From Burkholderiaceae bacterium (GTDB taxonomy: Bacteria > Pseudomonadota > Gammaproteobacteria > Burkholderiales > Burkholderiaceae_C): a stretch of DNA of 64,000 nt. A program made the position numbers and the translations under genes. Shown piece by piece: positions 9,027-19,298 of the stretch. Within the stretch, counting starts at the first letter, position 1. Each line of letters begins with the position of its first letter. The stretch lies in contig SCQQ01000014.1 of NCBI GenBank assembly GCA_004299095.1, forward strand, positions 14,530 to 78,529, read 5' to 3'. The notes beneath the pieces were generated by a model. The model was given only the letters and a program-made list of their open reading frames with translations, did no database searches and was not told the origin of the DNA.

Positions 9027-9886
9027 GCCGTTTTCCCAAGGATGCCCGTGGGCCGGACCACCAGCACGATCGCCAAGATGCCGAAGCTCGCCACGTCGAC
9101 GAAGGTCGGGCCGATATAGAGCGTGGTGAACGATTCGACGATGCCCAGGATCAGCCCGCCCACCAGCACGCCCAGCGGATTTTCCAACCCGCCGATGATG
9201 GCGATGGCAAACGACTTGAGCGTGAGCGAGGCGCCGATGTATGGGTTGATTTGCGACACCGTGCCGTACAGGCCGCCGGCCGTCCCGGCCAAGGCCACGC
9301 CGATGGCAAACGTCATGGCGTACAGGTGGCGCGGCTCCACGCCGTAGAGGTGTGCCGCCACCAGGTTCTGCGCGGTCGCGCGGATCGCGCGGCCGAGGCG
9401 CGTGTGCAGCAAGAAGAGCCAGACGCCAAATGTCAGCACCAGCGCGCCGAAGAACGCGCCGAGCCGCACCACCGGCAGCACGACGGCGCCCAGATGCAAC
9501 TGGTTGCCCGCGTACGACGGATTGATGGTGCGGAAATCAGCCGAGAAAAAGATTTGGGCCAGGTAGGTGAACACCACGTCCAGCCCGAACGTCAGCAGCA
9601 ACGTGTTGAACATCGGCGCGCGCACGATCAGGTTCAGGATGCCGCGCTGCACCGCATAGCCCAGAACGAAAAGCGCCGCCGCGGTGATCGGCAGCCCCAG
9701 GAACGGATCGATGTGCAGGTAATGAAAAACGTACCACGAACAATAGGCGCCCAGCATGATGAACGAACCGTGCGCCAGGTTGACGATGTTCAGCACGCCC
9801 CAGACCAGGGCCAGGCCGAGCGCCATCACGGCGTACAGCCCGCCCTGCAGGATGCCGTTGACCAGGACTTGGAGGACTAGATCCAC
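9023..9886 (-). CDS. livH: HAAT-family ABC transporter permease, LivH-type
   Basis: MDLVLQVLVNGILQGGLYAVMALGLALVWGVLNIVNLAHGSF is the canonical LivH N terminus. Confidence 0.9.
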   Translation of the reverse strand: MDLVLQVLVNGILQGGLYAVMALGLALVWGVLNIVNLAHGSFIMLGAYCSWYVFHYLHIDPFLGLPITAAALFVLGYAVQRGILNLIVRAPMFNTLLLTFGLDVVFTYLAQIFFSADFRTINPSYAGNQLHLGAVVLPVVRLGAFFGALVLTFGVWLFLLHTRLGRAIRATAQNLVAAHLYGVEPRHLYAMTFAIGVALAGTAGGLYGTVSQINPYIGASLTLKSFAIAIIGGLENPLGVLVGGLILGIVESFTTLYIGPTFVDVASFGILAIVLVVRPTGILGKTA

Positions 9887-9923
9887 TGCGGAATCCGTGG
9901 CCGTCGTTCAATCGCCTGCCGGC

Positions 9924-11135
9924 TTACCGAGTGCTCCACGCCGGCATCGGGTATTTGGGCTGATTCACGAAGCCTTTGGCGTTGTAGACCTCGACCAATT
10001 TGTCGCCCTGCACCTGAATCACGATTTGCGGCAAGTTGATTTGTCCGTTTTCGCCGAACGCGATCGGACCGTACAGGCTCTCGAAATTGGTCTTGGCGAG
10101 CGCGTCGCGCACTTTCTGCGGATCGAGACTGTTCGCGCTTTCAATAGCCTTGACGATGGTTTCGACGTCGGCTGCACCGGATGCGGCGTGGTAGTCGGGG
10201 TCATAGCCGAACTTGGCCTTGTACTCGGCAGCGAACTTGGACGCATCGCCAAACCATTGGTCCTTCAGCGTCGGCTCAGGCAGCCACGCGGTCATGCCGA
10301 AGGCGTAATCGGCGTCCTTGCCCAGGGCCTTGCGGAAATCTTCGGTCGACACGCCCACGGTGAACGAATACATCTTGGGCGCGACCGCCAGGCTCTTGGC
10401 GTTGCGGATGAAGTTGAGGATTTCGGTCTCGTGGCCCGCCACCAGCACCACGTCCACGTTCTTCGCCTTGATTTGCGACAAGAGTGAACTGAAATCGCTG
10501 GTGTTGCTGCTGTAGCGCTCGTCCATCACCGTGTCGAAGCCGGCTTTTTTCAGCAGCGGGCGCGTGCCTTCAGCAGTGGATACGTCAAACGAATCGTCGG
10601 CGTACAACAACGCGACCGTCTTCGGCGGCGTTTTCAGCGCCTTCATCATTTCGATCGTGCTGCCGAAATAATTGCTGGCAGGCGCCAGCGTGCCGAAGAT
10701 GTACTTGAAGCCGCGCGAGAAAATCTCGTTGGAAGCGCCGCCGCCCTGCACCATCGGGATCTTGTATTTTTCCGATACCACCGAATCGGCCAACTGGAAG
10801 TTGCTGGCAAATCCGCCCAACAGGAAATTGACTTTGTCCTGCGTGACCAACTGCGTGTACTGGCGCACCGACAGGTTCACGTCGGACTGGTTGTCCAGCA
10901 TCTTGAGGACCAGCTTGTGCTCCTTGCCATCCACCTTCACGCCGCCTGCCGCGTTGATTTTGTCGATGGCAATCTGGTACGCGTCGCGGTAATAGCGCCC
11001 GGTATTGGCGACCGGACCGGTCATTTGCACCGAAGCGCCGAGCACGATGTCCTGGGCCTGAGCTGGCGCGCTGGCAAACACGAAAGCGGCGGCGGCAACG
11101 AGCCCCGCCAGTCGGCCGAAATGACTGAATTTCAT
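9924..11135 (-). CDS. ABC transporter periplasmic substrate-binding protein (LivK/Leu-Ile-Val-binding family fold)
   Basis: Signal peptide [27 protein letters not shown], then a type-I periplasmic binding-protein sequence. GAGGAGA Shine-Dalgarno before ATG 11135. First gene of the operon. Confidence 0.85.
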   Translation of the reverse strand: MKFSHFGRLAGLVAAAAFVFASAPAQAQDIVLGASVQMTGPVANTGRYYRDAYQIAIDKINAAGGVKVDGKEHKLVLKMLDNQSDVNLSVRQYTQLVTQDKVNFLLGGFASNFQLADSVVSEKYKIPMVQGGGASNEIFSRGFKYIFGTLAPASNYFGSTIEMMKALKTPPKTVALLYADDSFDVSTAEGTRPLLKKAGFDTVMDERYSSNTSDFSSLLSQIKAKNVDVVLVAGHETEILNFIRNAKSLAVAPKMYSFTVGVSTEDFRKALGKDADYAFGMTAWLPEPTLKDQWFGDASKFAAEYKAKFGYDPDYHAASGAADVETIVKAIESANSLDPQKVRDALAKTNFESLYGPIAFGENGQINLPQIVIQVQGDKLVEVYNAKGFVNQPKYPMPAWSTR

Positions 11136-11356
11136 TTTCACTGTCTCCTCTGTTCGTGCGCCGGAAACCATTCCGGCGCTGGGTGGCTTCCGAATCTACT
11201 CCTACCCGCAGAACCCAATGAATCGATCGATCCCGGGTACATGGTCAGCCTGACCGCGCAACCGATTCGGGCCCCAAAACGCGCCGCATTGTGCCACGCG
11301 CCACCGGCTGGCGCAGGGGTAAAAACCCGAGTGCCGCCGATACAATCGAGCGCTCC

Positions 11357-11431
11357 GCCGCCGTAGTTCAATGGATAGAACGAGTGCCTCCTAAGCGCTA
11401 GATGCAGGTTCGATTCCTGCCGGAGGCGCCA
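11357..11431 (+). tRNA. tRNA-Arg (anticodon CCT)
   Basis: Hand-folded cloverleaf. Acceptor GCCGCCG/CGGAGGC (one G-A mismatch). D arm GTTC-AATGGATA-GAAC. Anticodon arm AGTGC-CTCCTAA-GCGCT. T arm GCAGG-TTCGATT-CCTGC. Discriminator G, encoded CCA. 75 nt. Confidence 0.9.
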
Positions 11432-11622
11432 GCGTTTACCGGGTCTGCTCGCGGCCATTCGACCGAATCCGGCGATTGGCGGCTCGTTATCGTTTCCAAG
11501 CGCGCTTGAAACTTGGCCTCGCACGCTTGGGCGACGGCCACCCGCGGTGCGTACCGCGCGATGCGTCCGGTGGCGACGAAAATGGGACACTTCAAGCCCC
11601 CTGAAACCCGCCGTTTGCCCCC

Positions 11623-12840
11623 ATGCCCGCCTACTCCTTCGAAGCCCTGCAAGCCGACGGCAAGACCCGCAGGGGCGTGATCGAGGCCGACAACGCCAAG
11701 GCGGCGCGCGCGCTGCTGCGCGGGCAGGCGCTGGTGCCGCTGGACGTCAACCCGGTGACCGGCGCGGCGCGATCGGCCCTTTCCAAGCCGCTTTGGGGCG
11801 GACACGCGTTCAGCACCACGCAGCTCACCATCTGGACGCGCCAGTTGGCCGGCCTGGTGGGTTCGGGTCTGCCGCTGGAACGCTCGCTCGCGGCGCTCGC
11901 CGACGAAGCCGAAGATGAAAAGCAGCGCAACCTGATGGCGGCGTTGCGCGCCGAAGTGAACGGCGGCGCCACGCTGGCGCGCGCCATGGAGCAGCACTGG
12001 CGCGAGTTTTCTCCGGTCTACACCGCGGTGATCGCCGCGGGCGAGCAAGGCGGCGATCTCGGACGCGTGCTGGACCGGCTCGCGGACGACCTGGAAGAGC
12101 GCCAGGCGCTCAAGGGTCGCTTGATCGGCGCGGCGCTTTACCCCGCCATCGTCACGCTGGTGGCGATTGGCATCGTCGCATTCCTGGTGAGCTACGTGGT
12201 GCCGCAAGTGGCCACGGTGTTTGCCGGCACCAAGCACGCACTGCCCTTCCTGACGGTGGTGATGCTCGCCATCAGTGGCTGGATTCGTCACTGGGGCTGG
12301 GGCTTTCTCGGATTCCTGGTCGTGGCCTTCTTCGGCCTGCGCGCGGCACTGAAAAACGCCGCGTTCCGGCAACGTTTCGATGCCTCGTGGCTGCGCCTGC
12401 CGCTGGTCGGCCGGCTCGCGCGCGGCTACAACGCCGCGCGCTTTGGCGCCACGCTGGCCATGCTGGCAGGCGCCGGCGTGCCGATTTTGCGAGCGCTGCA
12501 AGCCGCGGCCAACACGCTCAACAACCAGGCGATGCGTGCCGACGCCGAAGACGTGCTGGTGATGGTGCGCGAAGGCGCCCCGCTCGCCAGCGCACTGGCA
12601 CAGAAAAAGCGCTTTCCCGGACTGCTCGCGATGTTCATTCGGCTGGGCGAACAGACTGGCCAGTTGCCGTTGATGCTGCAGCGCGCCAGCAAGCAGCTTT
12701 CCGGTGAAGTGCAGCGCCGCGCGATGCAGATGGCCACCATCCTGGAGCCACTGCTGATCGTGGTCATGGGCATGATCGTGATGTTGATCGTGCTGGCGGT
12801 GATGCTGCCCATCATCCAACTCAACCAATGGGTGAAATGA
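11623..12840 (+). CDS. gspF: Type II secretion system protein F (GspF/PilC family inner-membrane platform protein)
   Basis: 405 aa. N terminus MPAYSFEALQADGKTRRGVIEADNAKAARALLRGQALVPLDV matches the GspF/XcpS pattern. Two T2SS-F repeats and three hydrophobic spans. No other gsp gene occurs in the window. Confidence 0.85.
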   Translation: MPAYSFEALQADGKTRRGVIEADNAKAARALLRGQALVPLDVNPVTGAARSALSKPLWGGHAFSTTQLTIWTRQLAGLVGSGLPLERSLAALADEAEDEKQRNLMAALRAEVNGGATLARAMEQHWREFSPVYTAVIAAGEQGGDLGRVLDRLADDLEERQALKGRLIGAALYPAIVTLVAIGIVAFLVSYVVPQVATVFAGTKHALPFLTVVMLAISGWIRHWGWGFLGFLVVAFFGLRAALKNAAFRQRFDASWLRLPLVGRLARGYNAARFGATLAMLAGAGVPILRALQAAANTLNNQAMRADAEDVLVMVREGAPLASALAQKKRFPGLLAMFIRLGEQTGQLPLMLQRASKQLSGEVQRRAMQMATILEPLLIVVMGMIVMLIVLAVMLPIIQLNQWVK

Positions 12841-12867
12841 CGCGCACGACGTCAATGGAGTAACTTT

Positions 12868-13110
12868 GTGACACTGGAACTCAGGCCCCGGGAGATCACC
12901 GTGAAAACGATGGCCGGCCGCGCGTTCGATCAGGACACGGCACGCGTCAAGCGCGCTTGCGCTTTACTCCCCGGCGCGGAGAACGAACGCGTCACGGACA
13001 AACAGCACTCGATCATTGACGCGTTGGCGATGTCAGAAACGGAGGACATCGATTTCGAGCCGCTGCAGATGCCGGGCTTTTACTCTCGTCCAGCCGAATT
13101 CGACAAATAG
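12868..13110 (+). pseudogene. N-terminally truncated Phd/YefM-like antitoxin remnant
   Basis: ...PREITVKTMAGRAFDQD...SIIDALAMSETEDIDFEPLQMPGFYSRPAEF resembles the central strand and the acidic D-I-D-F-E C-terminal tail of Phd/YefM antitoxins that pair with PIN toxins. The frame opens directly after the gspF stop, so about 15-30 N-terminal residues are missing. Only a GTG start is available. Confidence 0.4.
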
Positions 13111-13118
13111 CAAATCGC

Positions 13119-13373
13119 ATGTCCTCGCTCGATACCGACATCATTCACAACCGGCGGCGATTCGACCGGGCGCCTGCTGCTTTACCCGCTTGGACGAGCG
13201 GCGCGAAAACCGACGACCCGTTCGCGTCGTGCATCGCGACCCTCGAACTCGGGCCTGGGATTCAGATTGGCAAGCGACGCAACGCCTGCGATTCCGCGGC
13301 CTGTGGCGCTCGCGTATCCGATCCGCTGGACGCCCGCGCGCAACCCCCGACACACGCATGCCCGCCAGCCTGA
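13119..13373 (+). pseudogene. VapC (PIN-domain) toxin fragment; only the N-terminal half is recognisable
   Basis: MSSLDTDIIHNRRRFDRAPAALPAWTSGAKTDDPFASCIATLELGPGIQIGKRRNA follows the VapC/FitB N-terminal pattern (LDTNVIS...P.V..W......L.LS.IT..EL..GI.....GKRR). Similarity is lost after GKRR, and the ORF runs into the start of the next gene. Starts 8 nt after the antitoxin-remnant stop. Confidence 0.5.
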
Positions 13374-14308
13374 AAAATCAGCTCGTCGTCGCGATTTCAT
13401 CGCGTGCGCTCTTTGACTTCGAGGAGGAAAACCGCGTCTTCGAAGGCGGTGATGCGCACGCCTACATGCAAATGCAGATCGAGCGGCTCGATACGCCGGC
13501 CCAACCGGGCGTGGCGTTCTCGCTGGTGCGCAAACTGCTGGCGTTCAACGAACCGGGGCACGACCGCGTCGAAGTGGTCGTTTTGTCACGTAACGATCCC
13601 GTCAGCGGCATGCGCGTTTTCCGCAGCGTCGCGGCCAGCGGCATCAAGGTCGATCGCGGCGTGTTCACCCAGGGACGCGATCCATTCCGCTACCTGCGGC
13701 CGCTGGGCGCCACACTGTTCCTGTCCGCGAATGAAGCCGACGTGCGCCAGGCGCTGCATCTGGGCTATCCCGCCGCACGCGTCGCCACCGACGCGATCAA
13801 GGCAAGCGCCGCCCACCCCAACGAAGTGCGCATCGCGTTCGATGGCGACGCCGTGCTGTTCGGCGACGAATCCGAACAGGTCTTCCAAAAAGAAGGACTC
13901 GCGGCGTTCCAGCAACACGAAAAAGCGCACGCCGCGCTGCCCTTGCCCGCCGGCCCGTTCAAGCCGTTGCTGGCGGCACTCAACCACTTGCAGCAGGCCG
14001 GCAGCGACGTGATGCGCATTCGCACCGCACTTGTCACCGCGCGCAGCGCGCCGGCGCACGAGCGCGCCATCCGGACGCTGATGCACTGGGGTGTAAATGT
14101 CGATGAAGCCATGTTCCTGGGCGGACTGCCCAAAGGCGAATTCCTGCGCGAATTCGAGCCTGACTTCTTCTTCGACGACCAGACCGGTCCAGTGCAACAG
14201 GCTGCACGGCACGTGCCTGCGGGACAGGTGATTGCGGGCATCACCAACGCACCCGACGTTGAACGTGGGGACGCCGCACCCGCCGCCACCCGAGCCAAGC
14301 GTTCATGA
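13358..14308 (+). CDS. 5'-nucleotidase family protein (PF06189-like cytosolic 5'-nucleotidase)
   Basis: MPASLKNQLVVAISSRALFDFEEENRVFEGGDAHAYMQMQIERLD...IRIAFDGDAVLFGDESEQVF...FFFDDQ. Family recognised from memory. Start set at ATG 13358; the 114 upstream codons of the ORF-track entry overlap the TA relic and look non-coding. Confidence 0.7.
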   Translation: MPASLKNQLVVAISSRALFDFEEENRVFEGGDAHAYMQMQIERLDTPAQPGVAFSLVRKLLAFNEPGHDRVEVVVLSRNDPVSGMRVFRSVAASGIKVDRGVFTQGRDPFRYLRPLGATLFLSANEADVRQALHLGYPAARVATDAIKASAAHPNEVRIAFDGDAVLFGDESEQVFQKEGLAAFQQHEKAHAALPLPAGPFKPLLAALNHLQQAGSDVMRIRTALVTARSAPAHERAIRTLMHWGVNVDEAMFLGGLPKGEFLREFEPDFFFDDQTGPVQQAARHVPAGQVIAGITNAPDVERGDAAPAATRAKRS

Positions 14309-14416
14309 CGCGCCATATTGCAGCGTCAACCGCCTTCGTTCAACGGACCCGAGCGCCGGGATGCGTGCGCCCGGATCAAACTGGAATCGCCTGTGCCTGC
14401 AGGCGCCGAAGCCGGT

Positions 14417-14439
14417 ATCACGCACGCATCACGTGCGTG
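14417..14439. terminator. Perfect 9-bp hairpin (TCACGCACG-catca-CGTGCGTGA) between convergent genes; candidate bidirectional terminator
   Basis: Read directly. It lies between the 5'-nucleotidase stop (14308) and the substrate-binding-protein stop (14493). No U tract on either strand. Confidence 0.35.
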
Positions 14440-14492
14440 AGATTCGATTCGCGGCCAACCTCTCGGTCAGCCGGAAAACGAGTTCGATGCGC

Positions 14493-15671
14493 TTACTTTT
14501 TGGCGGCCAAGTCGACAATCTTCACCTCGTGCACCTTGCCGTCCTCGACGACGCCGACCCGACCGTCCATCAGTGCGTGTCCGCCGGCATCGACATTGGT
14601 GTAGCCATAGAAGTTGACCGACGGTGGAAGCTCCTTGAAAGCCGCGTCCATCTTTGATCGAATCGCCGTTGCGTCACTGTCGGTACCGGCGAGTTTCATG
14701 GCATCCGCCACGGCGTACACGGCCACGTAAGCGATGCCGATTTCACTACCAACGATTCGATCCGGATAGGTCTTTTGGACACGCTTGACGAAGGCCTGGG
14801 TCTCCGCCCGCGGATCCAGCATGGTCGGCAAGACACCGATCGAGCCATCGAGTGAAGCCATGCCGCCGCTTACTTTGGACACTTCGTCGAGCTTGGCTTG
14901 ATCAATCACGGCAAAGCCGCCCTTGAAGCCCAGCTCGCGTGCCTGTTTCGCCACCAGCCCCGTCGGCTCCGACGGGCCACCGATCAACATCACATCCGGC
15001 TTGGCCGCCAGCGCACGACTCACGCCGCTGTAGAAATCGGCGGACTTGTTGTAGCTAAGCGTGCCGTCGCTCACGATCTGGCCACCCGCTTTTTCCCACG
15101 CCGCCTTGAAAGCCTTTTGCCACGCCTTGCCGTAGTCCGAATCGGTAACCGCGATGGCCGCCTTTTTGCCGAATTTACCCATTTCGTAGTTGACGAACGG
15201 TGCCATGTAATCGGTGATGTTGGGCGGCAGTTCGATCGTCAGCTTGTTGCCGCGCTCGGTGATTTCCGGCAAGCTCGAGTACGCCAGCAGCAGGAGCTTC
15301 TGTTGCTCGTTGCGGGTTTGCACGGCGAAAATTCCGCCCGAATGCGGCACCAGGATGACCGAAACCTTGTCTTCCTGCACCAGGCGCTGTGCATTGATCG
15401 CGGTTTGGCTGGGGTTGTATTGATCGTCGAGCGCAATGATCTCGAACTTGACCTTCTTGCCGGCAACATCGAAGCCTTTGGCGTTGATCTCGTCTGCGGC
15501 AAATTTCATGCCGTCGAGCACATTCTTGCCGTAAAACGCCGCGCCGCCGGAAAGGGGGCCGGAATAGCCGATCTTCACGATCTCTTCCGATTGCGCCATG
15601 GCGGCCGGCGACAGGGCCAACCCGCTCAGCGCCAACGTGGCAGCCAATATTTCGCGTCGTTTGAGTTTCAT
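14493..15671 (-). CDS. ABC transporter substrate-binding protein (HAAT/LivK-like family)
   Basis: Signal peptide MKLKRREILAATLALSGLALSPAAMAQ followed by a type-I periplasmic binding-protein fold. Last gene of the second Liv-type operon. Confidence 0.85.
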   Translation of the reverse strand: MKLKRREILAATLALSGLALSPAAMAQSEEIVKIGYSGPLSGGAAFYGKNVLDGMKFAADEINAKGFDVAGKKVKFEIIALDDQYNPSQTAINAQRLVQEDKVSVILVPHSGGIFAVQTRNEQQKLLLLAYSSLPEITERGNKLTIELPPNITDYMAPFVNYEMGKFGKKAAIAVTDSDYGKAWQKAFKAAWEKAGGQIVSDGTLSYNKSADFYSGVSRALAAKPDVMLIGGPSEPTGLVAKQARELGFKGGFAVIDQAKLDEVSKVSGGMASLDGSIGVLPTMLDPRAETQAFVKRVQKTYPDRIVGSEIGIAYVAVYAVADAMKLAGTDSDATAIRSKMDAAFKELPPSVNFYGYTNVDAGGHALMDGRVGVVEDGKVHEVKIVDLAAKK

Positions 15672-15714
15672 GGTTTTCCTTTCTGGAGGGGAGTAAAAAA
15701 GCAAAACGGCTCCG

Positions 15715-16402
<688 letters not shown>

Positions 16403-16419
<17 letters not shown>

Positions 16420-17170
16420 AGTCCGCTCCCAGATAAGCTTCGATGACGGCAGGATTGGCCTGGATTTCGGCCGCCGTGCCTTCGGCGATCTTTTCGCCGA
16501 AATTGAGCACCGTGATTTTGTCGGCCAATTTCATGATCATGTCCATCTTGTGCTCGACCAGGCACACGGTCAGCCCGTTTTTGACCATTTTCCGAATCAG
16601 CTCGGAAAGCCCCGCCGTCTCTTCCGGATTGACACCGCCGGCAGGCTCGTCGAGCAACAGGAGCTTGGGCTCCGTCGCCAGCGCCAGCGCAAATGCCACG
16701 CGCTTGCGCTGCTCCTGCGTAATGTCGCCGGCGAGCCGGTTTTCGAGGTGCGCGAGCCCTACGAAGTCCAGCGCCTGACGCGCCTTCTCGCGGCACAGGC
16801 GCTCTTCGTCCTTGAGGCGCCTGGAGCCGATGAGCACGTCCCAAAGATTGGACTGGGTTCGCAAGCGGTGGCCGACGATCAAATTGTCCAAAACCGTCGC
16901 CATGTCGAACAGTGTCGTGGCCTGGAAGGTGCGTGCTATCCCGAGTTGCGCCACGCGGTCGGGGCGCAGGCGGGTAATGTCCTGTCCTTCGAAAACCAGC
17001 GTGCCCGACGTCGGCTTGTGGACGCCGCTGATCAGGTTGAAGAACGTGGTCTTGCCGGCGCCGTTGGGCCCAATGATGGCGTTGATCTTGCCTTTCTCCA
17101 CGGTGGTGGAAACGTCGTCCACGGCCACGTTGCCGCCGAAGCGCTTCGTCAGATGTCGGGCTTCAAGCAC
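16403..17170 (-). CDS. livG: HAAT-family ABC transporter ATP-binding protein, LivG-type (second copy)
   Basis: VLEARHLTKRFGGNVAVDDVS...GPNGAGKTT...LLLLDEPAGGVNP. I placed the start at GTG 17170, which overlaps the livM-type stop by 8 nt. The ORF-track start at 17272 would lie inside the permease gene. Confidence 0.85.
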
Positions 17171-18158
17171 GTCGCGCCTCCTCTTCGGTCTTGCTCGCAG
17201 TGCCACGGGACAGCCCGGCAGCGCGGCGCGCTCTCCATGCCAGGTAGCTGCCGGCAATGCCATTGGGCGCAAAAATCACGATCAGAATGAGAAGCGGACC
17301 AAAGACCACGAAACGGTAATCGGCAAGGGCCTGCATGAACTGGGTCGCCCAAGGCACGAGAATGGATCCGAGCAATGGACCAAAGACCGTGCCGAGACCG
17401 CCGACCAGCATGTACATGGTCATCTCGAAGGTGTGCATCTCGCTGGCGATATCGGGGCTGAGAAAGCGTACGAAACCCGCGTACAACGCTCCCGACAGCC
17501 CCGCATACAACACCGAAATCAGAAACGACAACAGCTTGGTACGGGCCAAATTGATGCCCAGTGCTTCGGCCAACTCATCACCGTTGCGGATGGCAACGAA
17601 CGAACGCCCCACGAGCGAATTCACCAAACGGAGCATGAACCACACGGCGACACACAGGAAGGCAAAGACCAGGTAGTACGTCGCGCGCGGCGAAGCGAAT
17701 TCAAAGCCGCCGAAAAATGGCGGCGGCGGCACGCCGATGATGCCGACGACCCCATGCGTCAGGCTGTCCCATTTTTCGATGACCAGGAACAGGATCAGGC
17801 CAAGGCACAGCGTGAAGATCGCGAAATAGTGCCCCTTCAACCGCAGCGACAGCCACCCCAGCGGTATCCCGACCACGAGAATGACCGGGCAGCCAGCGAG
17901 AAACGCCAGCCAGAACGGCCAGCCATAGTCGACCGTCAGGATGCCGACGGTGTAGGCTCCAATCGCCATAAACGCGGCATGTGCCAGGTTGTACTGGCCG
18001 GTGTAGCCCGTGATCAGGTTGAGCCCCAGCGTTGAAATCGCAAAAACGTAGGCGGTCGCCATGACCGTCAGGTAATAGTCGTTATGGGTTATCAGCGGAA
18101 AGACGAGCCCCGCGACGAACAAAACGAACCACCCCGATCGCCCTCCAGGCATACGCAT
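17163..18158 (-). CDS. livM: HAAT-family ABC transporter permease, LivM-type (second copy)
   Basis: Polytopic membrane protein with a LivM pattern. ATG 18158 is preceded by AGGA. TTG 18164 and ATG 18152 are alternative starts. Confidence 0.85.
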   Translation of the reverse strand: MRMPGGRSGWFVLFVAGLVFPLITHNDYYLTVMATAYVFAISTLGLNLITGYTGQYNLAHAAFMAIGAYTVGILTVDYGWPFWLAFLAGCPVILVVGIPLGWLSLRLKGHYFAIFTLCLGLILFLVIEKWDSLTHGVVGIIGVPPPPFFGGFEFASPRATYYLVFAFLCVAVWFMLRLVNSLVGRSFVAIRNGDELAEALGINLARTKLLSFLISVLYAGLSGALYAGFVRFLSPDIASEMHTFEMTMYMLVGGLGTVFGPLLGSILVPWATQFMQALADYRFVVFGPLLILIVIFAPNGIAGSYLAWRARRAAGLSRGTASKTEEEARRA

Positions 18159-18160
18159 GA

Positions 18161-19024
18161 TCAATGTCCTCCGCGTCCAAAGAGGCCCTGTGGCCGCACC
18201 GACAGAATGGCCACCAGCAGAACGAAAGCCACGATGTCCTTGTAGTCGGTAGACAGATAGAACGCGGCAAACGCTTCCGCCATCCCGATGATCAGGCCGC
18301 CCACGATGGCACCTGGGACACTGCCCATGCCACCGAGAATGATGATGACGAACGCTTTCAGGACCACCAGATCGCCCATGGCCGGGAAGACCAGCGCGAT
18401 CGGAGCGAACAACGTCGCTGCCACGGCCACCAGCACGCCCGAGATCGCAAAAGTCAGCATGGAAACCCGCGTCGCATCAATGCCCATGAGCGAAGCGCCC
18501 TCGCGGTTCTGGGCCATGGCCACGATGCTGGAGCCCGTGGTCGTGCGCGTCAGGAAGAGATGGAGCACCAGCATCAGGATGAACGCGGCGGCGACGATCA
18601 ACAGGCGCTGAACGGGCGCAACGGCGCCGAAGACGTGGACGATGCCGCCGTAGGGCGTGGGCATGCGACGGAAATCGGCACCCCACAGAACCTGTGCGCC
18701 GGCTTGCAGAAACAGCAGCAGGCCGATGGCAGCGACCATCGGGTGCAGCAGCGTGGCGCCGCGCAGCGGGTTGAAAACCAGGCGCTCCGCCAACACGGAC
18801 AACAACGCGACCGCAATGGCCGAACCCAACATCGCAACCCAGTAATTGATGCCCAGCGACGTCATGAGCAGGTACGAGACAAATGCCCCGATCATGTAAA
18901 ACGCGCCGTGCGCGAAGTTGGGAACTTCGAGAATGCCGAAAACCAGCGTCAGCCCCAGTGCAACCAGGCCGTATATCCCGCCAAGCACCAGTCCGTTCAG
19001 CAATTGCTGAATGAAAATCTCCAT
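18161..19024 (-). CDS. livH: HAAT-family ABC transporter permease, LivH-type (second copy)
   Basis: MEIFIQQLLNGLVLGGIYGLVALGLTLVFGILEVPNFAHGAF is the canonical LivH N terminus. Confidence 0.9.
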   Translation of the reverse strand: MEIFIQQLLNGLVLGGIYGLVALGLTLVFGILEVPNFAHGAFYMIGAFVSYLLMTSLGINYWVAMLGSAIAVALLSVLAERLVFNPLRGATLLHPMVAAIGLLLFLQAGAQVLWGADFRRMPTPYGGIVHVFGAVAPVQRLLIVAAAFILMLVLHLFLTRTTTGSSIVAMAQNREGASLMGIDATRVSMLTFAISGVLVAVAATLFAPIALVFPAMGDLVVLKAFVIIILGGMGSVPGAIVGGLIIGMAEAFAAFYLSTDYKDIVAFVLLVAILSVRPQGLFGRGGH

Positions 19025-19298
19025 CGCGCCCCCTCTTGTATCGCCAACATCACCGGCCGTTGTCGCCGGCTATTGACGAGGGAGTTTACAAGGAGCTGCC
19101 GCTGGTCCAGGGAACGACTACGCCAATGCCCCGTACCCGCACGGACTTGCGGGATCGGGCAAAAGAAACGCACACCGCCATGGTTCCTCTCAACTCACGT
19201 GCCCCGTGCCGAGTCGACGACATCGCCGCGATTCGCGCGACCGAGCCCCGGCGCGGCGTGCACAGCCGGTGACCATCACGATCGCGCGGACCCTCAAG

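Noticed and set aside
11398-12855. 485-aa ORF antisense to gspF. Similar long antisense ORFs occur at 3249-4412, 19901-21982, 23129-24712, 38854-39897, 46068-47138 and 57985-59202.
   Set aside because: The translations are low-complexity and rich in Arg, His, Gly and Ala, with no recognisable family. Each lies exactly opposite a well-supported gene. Long stop-free antisense frames are expected in DNA with very high GC3, so I treat these as shadow ORFs.
13016-13357. N-terminal 114 codons of the 430-aa ORF that would extend the 5'-nucleotidase gene upstream.
   Set aside because: The extension is Arg/Cys-rich nonsense and overlaps the Phd/VapC relic in another frame. The family-typical N terminus (MPASLKNQLVVAISSRALFD) starts at ATG 13358.
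14438-14455. Sequence gagattcgattcgcggcc resembling the tRNA-Arg T-arm/3' end (aggttcgattcctgccgg), considered as an attR-like direct repeat bounding an island that starts at the tRNA.
   Set aside because: Only about 12 of 17 positions match, with one contiguous 8-mer, which is expected by chance in 64 kb. There is no integrase, excisionase or phage/ICE gene in between.
19025-19298. 78-aa ORF (19036-19272) in the 274-bp region upstream of the second liv-type operon.
   Set aside because: It has no ribosome-binding site, no family resemblance and atypical composition. The region is more plausibly the promoter/leader of the livH-type gene.
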